Made by a program: the position numbers and the translations under genes. From positions 1,664,001 through 1,728,000 of the forward strand of contig CAWJWJ010000002.1 in NCBI GenBank assembly GCA_963846575.1: a stretch of DNA of 64,000 nucleotides. Direction: 5' to 3'. Shown here piece after piece: positions 1 to 9,992 of this stretch. This DNA is from an uncultured Nitrospiraceae bacterium. GTDB lineage: Bacteria > Nitrospirota > Nitrospiria > Nitrospirales > Nitrospiraceae. The notes below the pieces were generated by a model. It was not told the DNA's origin. It ran no database searches and was given only the letters and a program-made list of their open reading frames with translations. How positions within the stretch are numbered: position 1 is the stretch's first letter; each line of letters opens with the position of its first letter.

Positions 1-100
1 GCCTCGCGCTGCCGCAAGGCTGGACCCGCCAATGCCGCAGCCGGTCACTCAATCTACCGCAGGTACAGACCATTCATCTTCATCAGCAGGCGAGGGGAGC

Positions 101-3100
101 ATGAATCAGGATGAGTTCTACGTGGACCTGTTCGTCAACAAACCGGCCTGGTCTACGGCGGAGCCGAACCCGGATGAATCCGCGCGCTGGTCGAAGATCG
201 CGTCGTTCCTCGAATATGTCCTGAGGCAGACGCGACGTGAAGGCCCCGCCAGAACCTTACGGATTCTCGACGTCGGCTGCGGGCGGGGTTGGCTGACGAA
301 TCTGGCCACGGCCTACGGAACTTGTGAAGGGGTGGAACCGGTCGCGGGTGTCGTGGCGCATGCCCGACGCATGTTTCCCCGGATCCGCTTCGAAGCAGGA
401 ACTCCCGAGTCGGTGTGTGTAAGACCGGACTTCATGCCCTACGACGTCGTCTTGTGCTCGGAAGTCATCGAACATGTGCCACATCCGGAGAAGCCTGAAT
501 TCGTCACTCAACTGGGGAAACTCCTGAAGCCCGACGGCTACCTCATTCTGACGACGCCGAGAGGGGACGTCTGGGAGGAATGGAAGCGAATCGCGCCGCC
601 GAATCAACCGGTGGAAGATTGGGTCACCGAGCAGCAACTCGGTCAGTTACTGCGCGAGGGAGGCTTTCACGCGTTGGGATTGGAACGAATCCCCATTGAG
701 GTGCCTTCACTGCGCTACTTTCCAGCCGCTACACCTCACGATGTTCGCACCTTGAAGCTCATGCCGATCTATCAGGTCTGGGTCTGCCGGCGGGCGGTCA
801 CGGCCATCGCGCCATCGGTGACCTTCAGCAAACCTCCGATGGTCTCAGTCATTGTGCCGACCTACAACCGTCCCGACCGGTTGCGCACGGCGCTGGAGAG
901 TCTGCACCGACAGGACTACCGGGATTTCGAGGTGATTGTCGTCAATGACGGAACCACGCCGGTCGACACCGTCGTCGCAGAGATGAACGGGGGAGAGCGC
1001 ATCATCCTCGTGAACCATGACCGTAACCGGGGGCTGGCCGCGTCGCGCAATACCGGTCTTCGTCTCGCTAAAGGCACCTACGTTGCCTACCTCGATGACG
1101 ATGACCGATTTCTGCCGGACCATCTGGCTACGCTCGTCAAGTTCCTTGAACGCGGCACCCATCAGGTGGTCTACAGCGATGCCTGGCGCGTGATGGAACA
1201 AGAGGTGGATGGGACAATCAGGGAAACCGGGCGCGACCGCCCCCATTCCGTCGACTTTGCCGCGGCTCGGCTCTTCGTCGAGAACTATATCCCCGTACTC
1301 TGCCTCATGCACCGGCGTTCCTGCCTGGAGGAGGTCGGACTGTTCGACGAAAGTCTGTTCGTGCATGAAGACTGGGACCTGTGGATCAGACTCGCCACCC
1401 ATTTTGCGTTCGCGCATATCACCCGTACCACGGCGGAGTTTACCTGGCGAGGCGACGGCTCATCCATGACCAGCCGCGATCAGGATGTGTTCGTCCGCAC
1501 CATGGACATCATTTATCGAAAATACTACCCGTTTGTCGCGGCACGTCCCGGCATACTGGCAGCCCAACGGGAACGGTTGAGAATGCTCAAGGCACGTCTC
1601 ACCCCAACCTCCTACCAATGCTCCATCATCATTCCCGTGTGGAACAATGCCGCCCTCACCCAGCAATGTCTCACCGCCCTGGCGCAAGTCACGGAGGGAG
1701 TCACCTTTGAAGTGGTCGTCGTCGACAACGGATCGACGGACGGGGTAGAGGACTTCTTGCGCGCACTCGGCGGGGATGTGCAGGTCATCCGCAACCAGGA
1801 GAATCTGGGATTCGCCAAGGCCTGCAATCAGGGAGCGCAGGCGGCGAGAGGGGAACACCTGGTGTTTTTGAATAACGACACGATCCCCTTGAAGGGGTGG
1901 CTGTCGGCGCTGATCGAAGAAGTCCGAACACATGCCGACGTGGCCGTGGTCGGAAGTAAACTGCTCTACGAGGACGGCACGATTCAGCACGCCGGCGTCG
2001 CATTCTCCCGCGAATGGTTCATGCCGTATCACCTGTATCGTGGCGTCGAGGCCCACGCCCGGCAGGTCTCCAGGCGGCGAGAGCTGCAATGTGTGACCGC
2101 CGCCTGCATGCTGGTTCGACGGAACGTCTTCGAGCAGGTCGGTGGATTTGACGAGGGGTATCGAAACGGGTTTGAAGACGTGGACCTCTGCCTCAAGGTT
2201 CGCGAGCAGCAGTGGAAGATCGTCTACCAGCCGCAGAGCGTGCTCTACCATCTGGAGAGCCGGACACCAGGCCGCAAAACACATGACGGTGACAACAGCC
2301 GCCGTCTCCGTGAGCGCTGGGGGACCTCGTGGTGGCTCGCGGATGAAGACAGGCTTCACTTCGAGGACGGCTATGCCGTCCATACCTTTCTCACACAGGG
2401 AGTCCTCAGCTATCGCCTCAGCCTGATTGATGATGCCGCCACGAGAGCGGAACGAATGCTTCTGGCCGAGGTGCAAGCCGCCGCGGACAGAAGAGATCGG
2501 ACGAAAGTGGCCGAGCTCTTAGCACGAGTACAGGAATGGCCAAACGATGTCTGGATCCTGCGCTGGGCAGCGCTGCTATGCCTCGGAGTCGTCGAACCTC
2601 ACCTGGCCATTCCATTTTGGCGGCGTGTCCTGACCTTGGAGGACGATGATCAGGCGCATCTCGCTCTCGCCAGGCATGCGCTCGAGACAGGGGCGCTCCA
2701 TGAAGCCGATCGCCATCTGGCCTCACTGCTGCAACGTCATCCCTCGCATGCCGAAGGTTGGCTGCTGCTCGGCATCGTCGCCATGCAACGAAACGACTAT
2801 GTCGCGGCGGAAACGGCCTTCGAACGAGCCAAGCAGTCCGGCGCGCCGATGCGCAAAGCCAGCCTGGGACTCATCATGGCGGCGATGGGGGGCAGTCATT
2901 TCGAGAAGGCCTGGAACCTCTTGGAACTGCTGTGTGCGGATGAGCCGGACGATGAGGAGTGCATGCACTGGTTCCTGCGCTGCGGAACCGCACTCAATCG
3001 CTGGGACGACCTGGCCTCCCGTCTCACGGCCTTTCTCGCCCGCAATCCCGGCAATATGGCCCTGCGTTTTGCTCTTGCCGGAGTGTTGCTCCGGCTGGGC

Positions 3101-3229
3101 CGGCGAACGGATGCGCAACGCGAATACGAGCGACTCCGCACCCTCGATCCTGCGTTTGATGGGTTGGACGATCTGGCCGGCAGACTCGGCACTCCGGATG
3201 CTCATCTGGTTCCCGACCATGCTGCCTGA
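101..3229 (+). CDS. Multidomain protein: class I SAM methyltransferase + two GT2 glycosyltransferase domains + C-terminal TPR repeats (probable flagellin glycosylation)
   Basis: ILDVGCGRG SAM motif; VSVIVPTYNR...YLDDDD and CSIIIPVWN...FLNND GT2 motifs; helical TPR-like tail. RBS GAGGGGAG precedes ATG 101, but the frame is open to the window edge so the start is uncertain. Confidence 0.85.
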   Translation: MNQDEFYVDLFVNKPAWSTAEPNPDESARWSKIASFLEYVLRQTRREGPARTLRILDVGCGRGWLTNLATAYGTCEGVEPVAGVVAHARRMFPRIRFEAGTPESVCVRPDFMPYDVVLCSEVIEHVPHPEKPEFVTQLGKLLKPDGYLILTTPRGDVWEEWKRIAPPNQPVEDWVTEQQLGQLLREGGFHALGLERIPIEVPSLRYFPAATPHDVRTLKLMPIYQVWVCRRAVTAIAPSVTFSKPPMVSVIVPTYNRPDRLRTALESLHRQDYRDFEVIVVNDGTTPVDTVVAEMNGGERIILVNHDRNRGLAASRNTGLRLAKGTYVAYLDDDDRFLPDHLATLVKFLERGTHQVVYSDAWRVMEQEVDGTIRETGRDRPHSVDFAAARLFVENYIPVLCLMHRRSCLEEVGLFDESLFVHEDWDLWIRLATHFAFAHITRTTAEFTWRGDGSSMTSRDQDVFVRTMDIIYRKYYPFVAARPGILAAQRERLRMLKARLTPTSYQCSIIIPVWNNAALTQQCLTALAQVTEGVTFEVVVVDNGSTDGVEDFLRALGGDVQVIRNQENLGFAKACNQGAQAARGEHLVFLNNDTIPLKGWLSALIEEVRTHADVAVVGSKLLYEDGTIQHAGVAFSREWFMPYHLYRGVEAHARQVSRRRELQCVTAACMLVRRNVFEQVGGFDEGYRNGFEDVDLCLKVREQQWKIVYQPQSVLYHLESRTPGRKTHDGDNSRRLRERWGTSWWLADEDRLHFEDGYAVHTFLTQGVLSYRLSLIDDAATRAERMLLAEVQAAADRRDRTKVAELLARVQEWPNDVWILRWAALLCLGVVEPHLAIPFWRRVLTLEDDDQAHLALARHALETGALHEADRHLASLLQRHPSHAEGWLLLGIVAMQRNDYVAAETAFERAKQSGAPMRKASLGLIMAAMGGSHFEKAWNLLELLCADEPDDEECMHWFLRCGTALNRWDDLASRLTAFLARNPGNMALRFALAGVLLRLGRRTDAQREYERLRTLDPAFDGLDDLAGRLGTPDAHLVPDHAA

Positions 3230-4412
3230 ATCGACGTCGCACAACCGCTCACTGGTGATCCAACTGGCGAGGTTGGGAGACCTCGTGCAATCCCTTCCCG
3301 CCATCGAGGCGCTACGGGAACAATACCCTGAGCGGCCCTTGGACCTCATTTGTTCGGCCCCCTTGGCGCCCGTCCTGTCCCGGTCCCGCGCCATCGACCG
3401 GCTCATACCCTGGGATGGTGCCAAGTGGCGAACCTGGGCCAGGCAGTGGGGGGAGAATCCACAGACAACCCTGCGCGAGGTCCAGGCCTACCTGGATGCA
3501 CTCGGAGAATCCCCATACGGCAGGATCTACAACCTCAATCAACATGCACGGGGCATCTTAATGACATCTCTGTTCTCACAGTCCTCTCGAACCGGCGCCG
3601 AAGAGGGGCCGGCTGACCAGATGGTCCGTACCTGGGCGCAATATCTTCGACGGGTGGCCGGGGAGCGTGGAGACAACCGTGTTCATCTGGCTGATGCCTG
3701 GTGCGGCATGTGCGGACTGAAACCGCGCGGGCTGGCTCCCGTCTTGAAGCAACAGGACGTCGGACTTCCGGAAGATCTGCGCGCCATCGGGGAACGCACG
3801 GGCATCTGGGTCGGCTTGGTGACCGGGGCAGGGGATCAGGCACGGTGCGTTCCCCCCGCCATCTGGGCGGAATGGATCAATAGATTTCTAGCGCAAGCGC
3901 CGGATGCTCAGGTGATGCTGATCGGGAGCGGCCAGGAGCGCGAGGTAGGCCAGGCGATTCTGGAGGCGACGCCGCCCCTGTTGCAGGGACGCGTGTGGGA
4001 TACGACCGGCCGTACGACGTTGGATCAACTCATGACCCTGCTCGGCAGATGCCGGTGGGTGATCGGAGCCGACACCGGCCCCCTGCATTTGGCCACCGCA
4101 GTGGGCAGCCGTGCAGTGGGATTCTATTTTGCTCAGGCGAGGGTCCATGAAACCGGCCCCTATGGGGATGGGCACTGGGCCTATCAATATGCCGCGCAGA
4201 CGCAGCCGGACCATTGGCCGATCGAGGAAAGTATTGAATTGATCTGCACCGGTCGGAGACGAGCAGCTTCCGGGTGGGCGATTTGGAAGAGTCACCTGGA
4301 CCACTGGGGCGTCTACTTCGACGAGGGATCCGTCCACACGACAGGGGAGTCCCGGCGAGCCACAGTCTGGCAAACACTATCGCCCACCATTTATGAGTCG
4401 GTGGCCGCATGA
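3219..4412 (+). CDS. Glycosyltransferase family 9 (heptosyltransferase-like)
   Basis: LVIQLARLGDLVQ N-terminal motif and DTGPLHLA GT9 motif; ATG overlaps the upstream stop. Confidence 0.85.
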   Translation: MLPESTSHNRSLVIQLARLGDLVQSLPAIEALREQYPERPLDLICSAPLAPVLSRSRAIDRLIPWDGAKWRTWARQWGENPQTTLREVQAYLDALGESPYGRIYNLNQHARGILMTSLFSQSSRTGAEEGPADQMVRTWAQYLRRVAGERGDNRVHLADAWCGMCGLKPRGLAPVLKQQDVGLPEDLRAIGERTGIWVGLVTGAGDQARCVPPAIWAEWINRFLAQAPDAQVMLIGSGQEREVGQAILEATPPLLQGRVWDTTGRTTLDQLMTLLGRCRWVIGADTGPLHLATAVGSRAVGFYFAQARVHETGPYGDGHWAYQYAAQTQPDHWPIEESIELICTGRRRAASGWAIWKSHLDHWGVYFDEGSVHTTGESRRATVWQTLSPTIYESVAA

Positions 4413-6226
4413 GCCACTTCACAGAGAACGTCGCCCAGCTGGCTGCACGGTATCCGCATCTCGCGGCCTCGCTGAAAGCCGCGCACGGCAATACGCTCAC
4501 CATCGAGCCGGCACGCAGCGGGGCTCCATCGGCACGGAGGTCCGGTCGATGGATCCATAGCGCGTATGATCCGATTCGTGAAGCTGACACGTGGGCCGAG
4601 AGCCATGCGCGGTCCTGCCAAGCCGGCGAGACGGTCATCGTCGCCGGGGTCGGCCTGCTCTACCATGTCGCCGCGCTCCGCACCAGGCTCTCGCCGGACA
4701 TCACCGTCGCGGTACTCATTCCCGATATCGACGAATTCCATGACGCCCTTTCGGCCCGGCCTCTCGGACCGTTGAGCGGGGAGATTATCTGGTTGTTCGG
4801 AATGCCTCAGGAGATTGCGCAGGCAGTGGCCGCAACGGGGCAGCCCCTCCGATGCCTCACCTATCTCCCGGCCTCTCAAGCGGATTCCGATTTCCATAGT
4901 GCCTTTGAACAGGCGCTGCGGCGTCACATCGCACGACAGGCCGGGGGGCAATTGACCATCGCGCTGGTGGGTCCGATTTATGGCGGATCATTGCCGATCG
5001 CCGGATATGTCAAACGCGCGCTGGAGACGCTGGGGCACAAGGTGCAGTGGATCGACCACAGTCTGCACGCCCCTAGTTACGAAGTCATGGGAGCGTTGAA
5101 AGACGCGCGCAACCGCCAATTGATGCAAAGCCGCATGGCCGAAGTCTTGAGCCAATGGACCCTGGCCACCCTGGCGGAATCGCCTCCCGACCTGGTGTTG
5201 TCGCTCGCCCAGGCCCCGTTAACCCTGCCCGTGCTGGAGCATCTGCGCAAAAAGAAGTTTCTCACTGCCATGTGGTTCGTCGAAAACTATCGTCATCTCA
5301 CCTACTGGCAGCAAATGGCCCCGGGATACGAATTCTGGTTCGTATTTCAACGCGGGCGATGTCTGGAGGCCTTCAAGCAGGCGGGCGCGCGGAACGTGAG
5401 CTATTTACCGATGGCCGCCGACCCGGACATGCATGGCCCTGTGGACTTGTCCGAGGAAGACCGGCGAGCGTACGGAGCAGACGTCTCCTTCGTCGGCGCG
5501 GGCTATGCCAACCGCCGACGCCTCTTCCCCGCACTGCTTCGCCAACCCTGGTCGTTCAAACTCTGGGGGAATGAATGGGACGGCGCCGACGACCTCCGTT
5601 CCGTCTTGCAGTTGGACGGCGCACGAATCGATACCGCCACGTGCATGAAGGTCTTCAATGCCACGACCATTAACCTGAATCTGCATTCGGCCACAGGATC
5701 CGGATTGGATCCGGAAGCGGATTTCGTCAATCCTCGCACGTTCGAACTCGCGGCCTGCGGAGCCTTTCAGTTGGTCGACCACCGGTCGTTGCTGCCGGAT
5801 CTCTTTCACCCTCAGGAGATGGTCTCCTTCCGGTCCTTCGATGAAGTCCCCGGACTGGTGCAGCGCTGGCTGGGGGACTCCGCCGCCCGGCAGGCGATGG
5901 CGACGGCTGCACGGACGCATGTCCTTGAGGCTCACACCTATGTGCATCGAATGAAGGATCTCTTGGGACAGATCGGACTGGCTCAACCGGATCGCATAGG
6001 CGCGGTGCTGAGAGGCGATCGGCAACGGGAGGCGTTACTCTCGCGGTGCGTCGATGGTGTGCCTCTGCACACGCTGCTCACGGGATGTCCCCCGGGCCAG
6101 CGAGTCGAGTTGAAAGATCTCGCTGCAACCATTCGTGCGAAAGGGGCGACGGCAACACTTCAGCGGGAAGAATTGATGGTGCTGATGCTGGATGAATACC
6201 GGAGCGAGACTCGCGATTTGATATGA
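4409..6226 (+). CDS. CgeB/DUF3880-like glycosyltransferase with a Maf-type N-terminal region
   Basis: N-terminal WIHSAYDPIREA resembles Maf N-termini; DVSFVGA...NPRTFELAACGAFQL...HTYVHR is CgeB-like; ATGA overlap. Confidence 0.75.
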   Translation: MSHFTENVAQLAARYPHLAASLKAAHGNTLTIEPARSGAPSARRSGRWIHSAYDPIREADTWAESHARSCQAGETVIVAGVGLLYHVAALRTRLSPDITVAVLIPDIDEFHDALSARPLGPLSGEIIWLFGMPQEIAQAVAATGQPLRCLTYLPASQADSDFHSAFEQALRRHIARQAGGQLTIALVGPIYGGSLPIAGYVKRALETLGHKVQWIDHSLHAPSYEVMGALKDARNRQLMQSRMAEVLSQWTLATLAESPPDLVLSLAQAPLTLPVLEHLRKKKFLTAMWFVENYRHLTYWQQMAPGYEFWFVFQRGRCLEAFKQAGARNVSYLPMAADPDMHGPVDLSEEDRRAYGADVSFVGAGYANRRRLFPALLRQPWSFKLWGNEWDGADDLRSVLQLDGARIDTATCMKVFNATTINLNLHSATGSGLDPEADFVNPRTFELAACGAFQLVDHRSLLPDLFHPQEMVSFRSFDEVPGLVQRWLGDSAARQAMATAARTHVLEAHTYVHRMKDLLGQIGLAQPDRIGAVLRGDRQREALLSRCVDGVPLHTLLTGCPPGQRVELKDLAATIRAKGATATLQREELMVLMLDEYRSETRDLI

Positions 6227-7884
6227 CGCGACAAATCCTTCTCATCAACATCACGCGGATGGGCGACCTGGTGCAGATGGGGACCCTGCTTCAGCGTCTG
6301 CAACATGAATGGCCAGGGGCGGCGGTTGATCTCGTCGTCGACCAGCGCTTTGCGTCCGTCGCAAGCCTGTTACCGCATCTGCGGCATGTCGTGGCCTATG
6401 ACTTCCACCGGCTGGTCGATGAAAGCCGCGCGCAGACGAGGGATGTCGTGGCCCTTTTCAAGGATATGACCCAGTGGGCCTCACCGCTCGTTGAGGCGCG
6501 ATACGACCGTGCCATCAACCTCACGTTCAATCGACGGAGCGGGCTTTTGACCTCCTATGTCGGCGCGAGAGACGTGCGCGGGATCTCTGCCCCGAAGGGC
6601 GGCGACGTGGTCATTCACAACCCCTGGATGGCCTATTTGACCGACGTCCACAATCAACGTGCATTCAATCACTTCAATCTCGTCGACATTTACGCCTTAG
6701 GCGGGAGCGGCCCAGGCCCCTTTGCACCCTTGTCGATCTCAACGCCGCCCTTGGCGGAACGTTGGGCGCAGGAATTTTTCTCGTCCCACGGGGGAGAGCA
6801 GGTGACATGGGTAGCCGTGCAGGTTGGAGCCAGCGATCCGATAAAGGCCTGGCGGCCGGAGTTGTTCGGTCAAACGCTGGCCAGTCTCGCCCGGCATCCC
6901 AAGATCGGTTTTGTGTTTATCGGCACCGAGGAAGAACGGAAGGCGAGTCTGCTTGCCCAGCGTACGTATCGACAAGCGGGCGGGCTCGGCCCGCTCTGTG
7001 AGGCCATCGGGAAGACGACGCTGCCACAGCTCGCCGCGCTCCTGAAACAATGCCGCCTCCTGCTGACGAACGACACCGGACCGATGCACCTTGCCGTGGG
7101 GGTCGGAACTCCCGTCGTGGATCTCTCAGTAGGACACGTGGATTTTCGAGAGACCGGCCCATACGGTCCAGGGCACTGGATCGTGCAACCGGAGATGGCT
7201 TGCGCCCCCTGCGGATTCGACCAGATCTGTTTTCACCATGCCTGCAACGACCGGATTTCACCGGAACAGGTGGCTTCGCTCTGTGCGCATGTGCTCACCG
7301 GAGCCACGTTTCCCGGCACCGTAACCGGCGCCAGAATCTATCAAGCCCGCGTTGACGAGGATGGATTGGGGAGCGCCCGGCTTCATGCCGGTCGGGAAGA
7401 TCCGCTCGTCGGCTGGTACGGTGGCTTTTGGCGAAGGTTCTGGTTCGAGCAATTTACCGGACGGTCCAGTCGGGTGCCGAACAATGAGGAACTGCCTCCC
7501 GACTGGAATGAGGCATCGGTCCTCCTCGACCGCCTCGCTCCTCTCGCCGCCATGCTCCTGTCTAAGGCTCGGGAAATGGTCCGTTTAAGCAAGCAGGCTC
7601 CTTTGCCTGTCAGCGCCCTGCAGCACCTGCAGCAGCGCGACAGCGCGGAGCGCCGCCAGATAGTGGCGCTCAGCATGCAGAGTCCGGCTACGGCATCCCT
7701 TGCGGTAGCCCTGTTGCGGGATATCCATAACGATGATGGGACTGAACTTACGTCCATGGCACTCTCCCGTCTCGCGACCTATCAACGCTGGCAATCCAGG
7801 CTCAACCTGGTCAGCAGGTATTTCACTTCCCTTCGAAGCGCCCACGACCGCGTCCGAGTCCTTCCCATGGCACGGTCCGCGTAG
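6223..7884 (+). CDS. Glycosyltransferase family 9 with C-terminal helical extension
   Basis: LLINITRMGDLVQ, NDTGPMHLA and CAPC...C...C motifs; ATGA overlap. Confidence 0.85.
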   Translation: MTRQILLINITRMGDLVQMGTLLQRLQHEWPGAAVDLVVDQRFASVASLLPHLRHVVAYDFHRLVDESRAQTRDVVALFKDMTQWASPLVEARYDRAINLTFNRRSGLLTSYVGARDVRGISAPKGGDVVIHNPWMAYLTDVHNQRAFNHFNLVDIYALGGSGPGPFAPLSISTPPLAERWAQEFFSSHGGEQVTWVAVQVGASDPIKAWRPELFGQTLASLARHPKIGFVFIGTEEERKASLLAQRTYRQAGGLGPLCEAIGKTTLPQLAALLKQCRLLLTNDTGPMHLAVGVGTPVVDLSVGHVDFRETGPYGPGHWIVQPEMACAPCGFDQICFHHACNDRISPEQVASLCAHVLTGATFPGTVTGARIYQARVDEDGLGSARLHAGREDPLVGWYGGFWRRFWFEQFTGRSSRVPNNEELPPDWNEASVLLDRLAPLAAMLLSKAREMVRLSKQAPLPVSALQHLQQRDSAERRQIVALSMQSPATASLAVALLRDIHNDDGTELTSMALSRLATYQRWQSRLNLVSRYFTSLRSAHDRVRVLPMARSA

Positions 7885-7931
7885 GCCGCCTTACGCGGTC
7901 AGTGTTGACATCTTTTAGTAGGAGTGTCCCC

Positions 7932-8474
7932 ATGCACATTACCCTCGATGAAGCCCAATGGCAGTTGCCCGATGAGACGTCGCTCATGGAGATCCTGGCT
8001 GCGATCAGTGATAGGGCGCAGGCGGAGCGGCGTATCGTGGTCTCATTGACCATCGGCGGCAAGGTAATCAGTGACCGGGATCTGACTCCCGGTTTCCTGA
8101 ACCAGTCGGGAAAGGATCTCGGACCGATCCAGGCCGTTTCCAAATCGCTGCACGGCATCATTACGGAGGCCAAACATGCCATCGATCGTTTCGCCCTTCA
8201 ACTGCGAAACGACGGGCAGGTCCTGCTCACCCCCTTACGGTCAGGAACCGGCCAGGTCGGATCGATCGACGCGTGGTTGGGACGTCTGGCGGACTATACC
8301 GAAATGCTGGAGACAGGTCACAAGCAAGGGGTGTCGGGCCTATCTGCCGGCAGCCTGCTCCCGTGGATCCAGGAATTGCTGGATGCGCGTTCTACTGCAG
8401 ACCCCGTTCGTGTCGCCGATCTGCTGGAATATGAATTATTGCCACGCCTGACGGAACCCACCTTAACCTCTTGA
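7932..8474 (+). CDS. Conserved hypothetical protein of flagellin-glycosylation loci
   Basis: AGGAG RBS; C-terminal ADLLEYELLP resembles small proteins I recall beside maf/fliC genes. Confidence 0.6.
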   Translation: MHITLDEAQWQLPDETSLMEILAAISDRAQAERRIVVSLTIGGKVISDRDLTPGFLNQSGKDLGPIQAVSKSLHGIITEAKHAIDRFALQLRNDGQVLLTPLRSGTGQVGSIDAWLGRLADYTEMLETGHKQGVSGLSAGSLLPWIQELLDARSTADPVRVADLLEYELLPRLTEPTLTS

Positions 8475-8550
8475 TAGTCATTATAGTTCGATACTGCACA
8501 GAAACCTGTGATGGCCCTCGTTACACATATTTCTATGCTTCCTGAACCAC

Positions 8551-8578
8551 TTAAGTCTTAGTCGGGGGGTGCCGATAA
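8551..8578 (+). promoter_or_regulatory. sigma28 (FliA) promoter of fliC
   Basis: TTAAG-N15-GCCGATAA, perfect -10 box. Confidence 0.9.
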
Positions 8579-8650
8579 GGGGCACAGCAATACGGTAACA
8601 GGAGGAGCGAGGATGTGCGCACATCTTCATCAAGCCGGGTTACCAGCTCG

Positions 8651-8705
8651 TCGGCACGGACGCTGGCGAATCTTCGAGAGTAGTGGAGAGACTTCAGGAG
8701 GAAGT
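8651..8705 (+). promoter_or_regulatory. Two CsrA/RsmA-type GGA hairpin sites in the fliC leader
   Basis: TCGGC-ACGGAC-GCTGG (8651-8666) and ACTTC-AGGAG-GAAGT (8691-8705, loop is the SD). Confidence 0.65.
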
Positions 8706-8710
8706 ACGTC

Positions 8711-9538
8711 ATGGCATTAGTAGTCAATACCAACATTTCGTCACTGGCCGCGCAGCGCAACCTTTCAGTCAATCAATCTGCATTGGCGAAATCGGTTGAG
8801 CACTTGTCTTCAGGTTTGCGCATTACCCGCGCATCCGACGACGCGGCCGGCTTGGGCGTGTCCGAGACCTTGCGGGCACAGATCCGCAGCATCAATCAAG
8901 CCACCAGGAACGCGGGTGACGGTATCAGTCTGACACAGACGGCCGATGGCGCCGCGGCGTCGATCGGCAGCCTGTTGGGCCGTATGCGTGAGTTGGCCAC
9001 CCAAGCGGCCAGCGGAACGGTCGGCACGACGGAACGGTCGTACCTGGATCAGGAGTTTGTGGCGTTGCGTTCGGAAATCGATCGTATTTCGACGACGACG
9101 GAATTCAACGGACAAGCGCTGTTGAGCGGAAGCAGCAACACCTTCTCGGTGTTCGTCGGGTTCAAGAGCGGATCGGGCAACTCCCTGTCCGTTGCGCTGG
9201 ACGATCTCGACGTCGCATCGGTCGGATTGACCGGAGCGAGTGTGTCAACTGCGGCAGCCGCACAGGCGGTCCTCGCCAACATTGACGGGGCGATCAGCTC
9301 CGTGGCAACCGCCCGAGCGAATTACGGATCGATCCAAAGCCGGTTCGATGCCGCCATTCAGAACCTCACCGTGACGGCGGAGAACTTCACGGCAGCAGAT
9401 TCGCGGATTCGCGATGCTGACATTGCCCAAGAGACCTCCCTGTTCACGAGGAACCAGATCCTCACACAGTCGGGCATTGCCATCTTGGCGCAGGCCAACG
9501 CATTGCCACAGCAAGCGTTAGCGCTGCTGAGAGGATAA
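8711..9538 (+). CDS. fliC: Flagellin (minimal, 275 aa)
   Basis: LSSGLRITRASDDAAGL and SRIRDADIAQE conserved termini. Confidence 0.98.
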   Translation: MALVVNTNISSLAAQRNLSVNQSALAKSVEHLSSGLRITRASDDAAGLGVSETLRAQIRSINQATRNAGDGISLTQTADGAAASIGSLLGRMRELATQAASGTVGTTERSYLDQEFVALRSEIDRISTTTEFNGQALLSGSSNTFSVFVGFKSGSGNSLSVALDDLDVASVGLTGASVSTAAAAQAVLANIDGAISSVATARANYGSIQSRFDAAIQNLTVTAENFTAADSRIRDADIAQETSLFTRNQILTQSGIAILAQANALPQQALALLRG

Positions 9539-9550
9539 CGCATCATCCGT

Positions 9551-9582
9551 CGGAGAACCCTCTCCTCGGAGAGGGTTCTCCG
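9551..9582 (+). terminator. Perfect 14-bp hairpin after fliC without a U-tract (stabiliser or partial terminator)
   Basis: CGGAGAACCCTCTC-CTCG-GAGAGGGTTCTCCG. Confidence 0.65.
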
Positions 9583-9605
9583 CGGACTGGTTCTAGGAGG
9601 CTACC

Positions 9606-9965
9606 ATGGTCCAAGACGTACCCAACAATACGGACCACCTCGCAGCCGCCACCCATGCGAGTCCGATTGCTCCGCAACCTTCGACTGTGCGGAGCCAAGA
9701 GGCACGGGTCGAGGAACCCAAATCCTCTGTAGGAGAGGTCAATAAGAAGGATCTTGAACAGGCGGTCGCACGAGTGCGTCAGGTGTTTCAGAACGCCGAT
9801 TCTCGCGTAGAATTTTCCATCGATCCGGACCTCGGCCGGGTCATCGTCAAGATTATGGACGGTGACACCGGCACGGTGATTCGGCAAATTCCTCAGCAGG
9901 AAGTGCTTGAGCTGGCGAAGAGCTTAGAAGCGCCAACCGGCCTGTTGCTACACCACAAGGCGTAG
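9606..9965 (+). CDS. flaG: FlaG family protein
   Basis: VEFSID...VIVKIMD..TG.VIRQIP motif; lies between fliC and fliD. Confidence 0.92.
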   Translation: MVQDVPNNTDHLAAATHASPIAPQPSTVRSQEARVEEPKSSVGEVNKKDLEQAVARVRQVFQNADSRVEFSIDPDLGRVIVKIMDGDTGTVIRQIPQQEVLELAKSLEAPTGLLLHHKA

Positions 9966-9992
9966 CTGTCATCAGGACGTGAAAGGGATGTC

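Noticed and set aside
2646..3218. N-terminal extension of the first GT9 ORF in the track
   Set aside because: Overlaps the TPR region of the upstream gene; GT9 homology begins after ATG 3219
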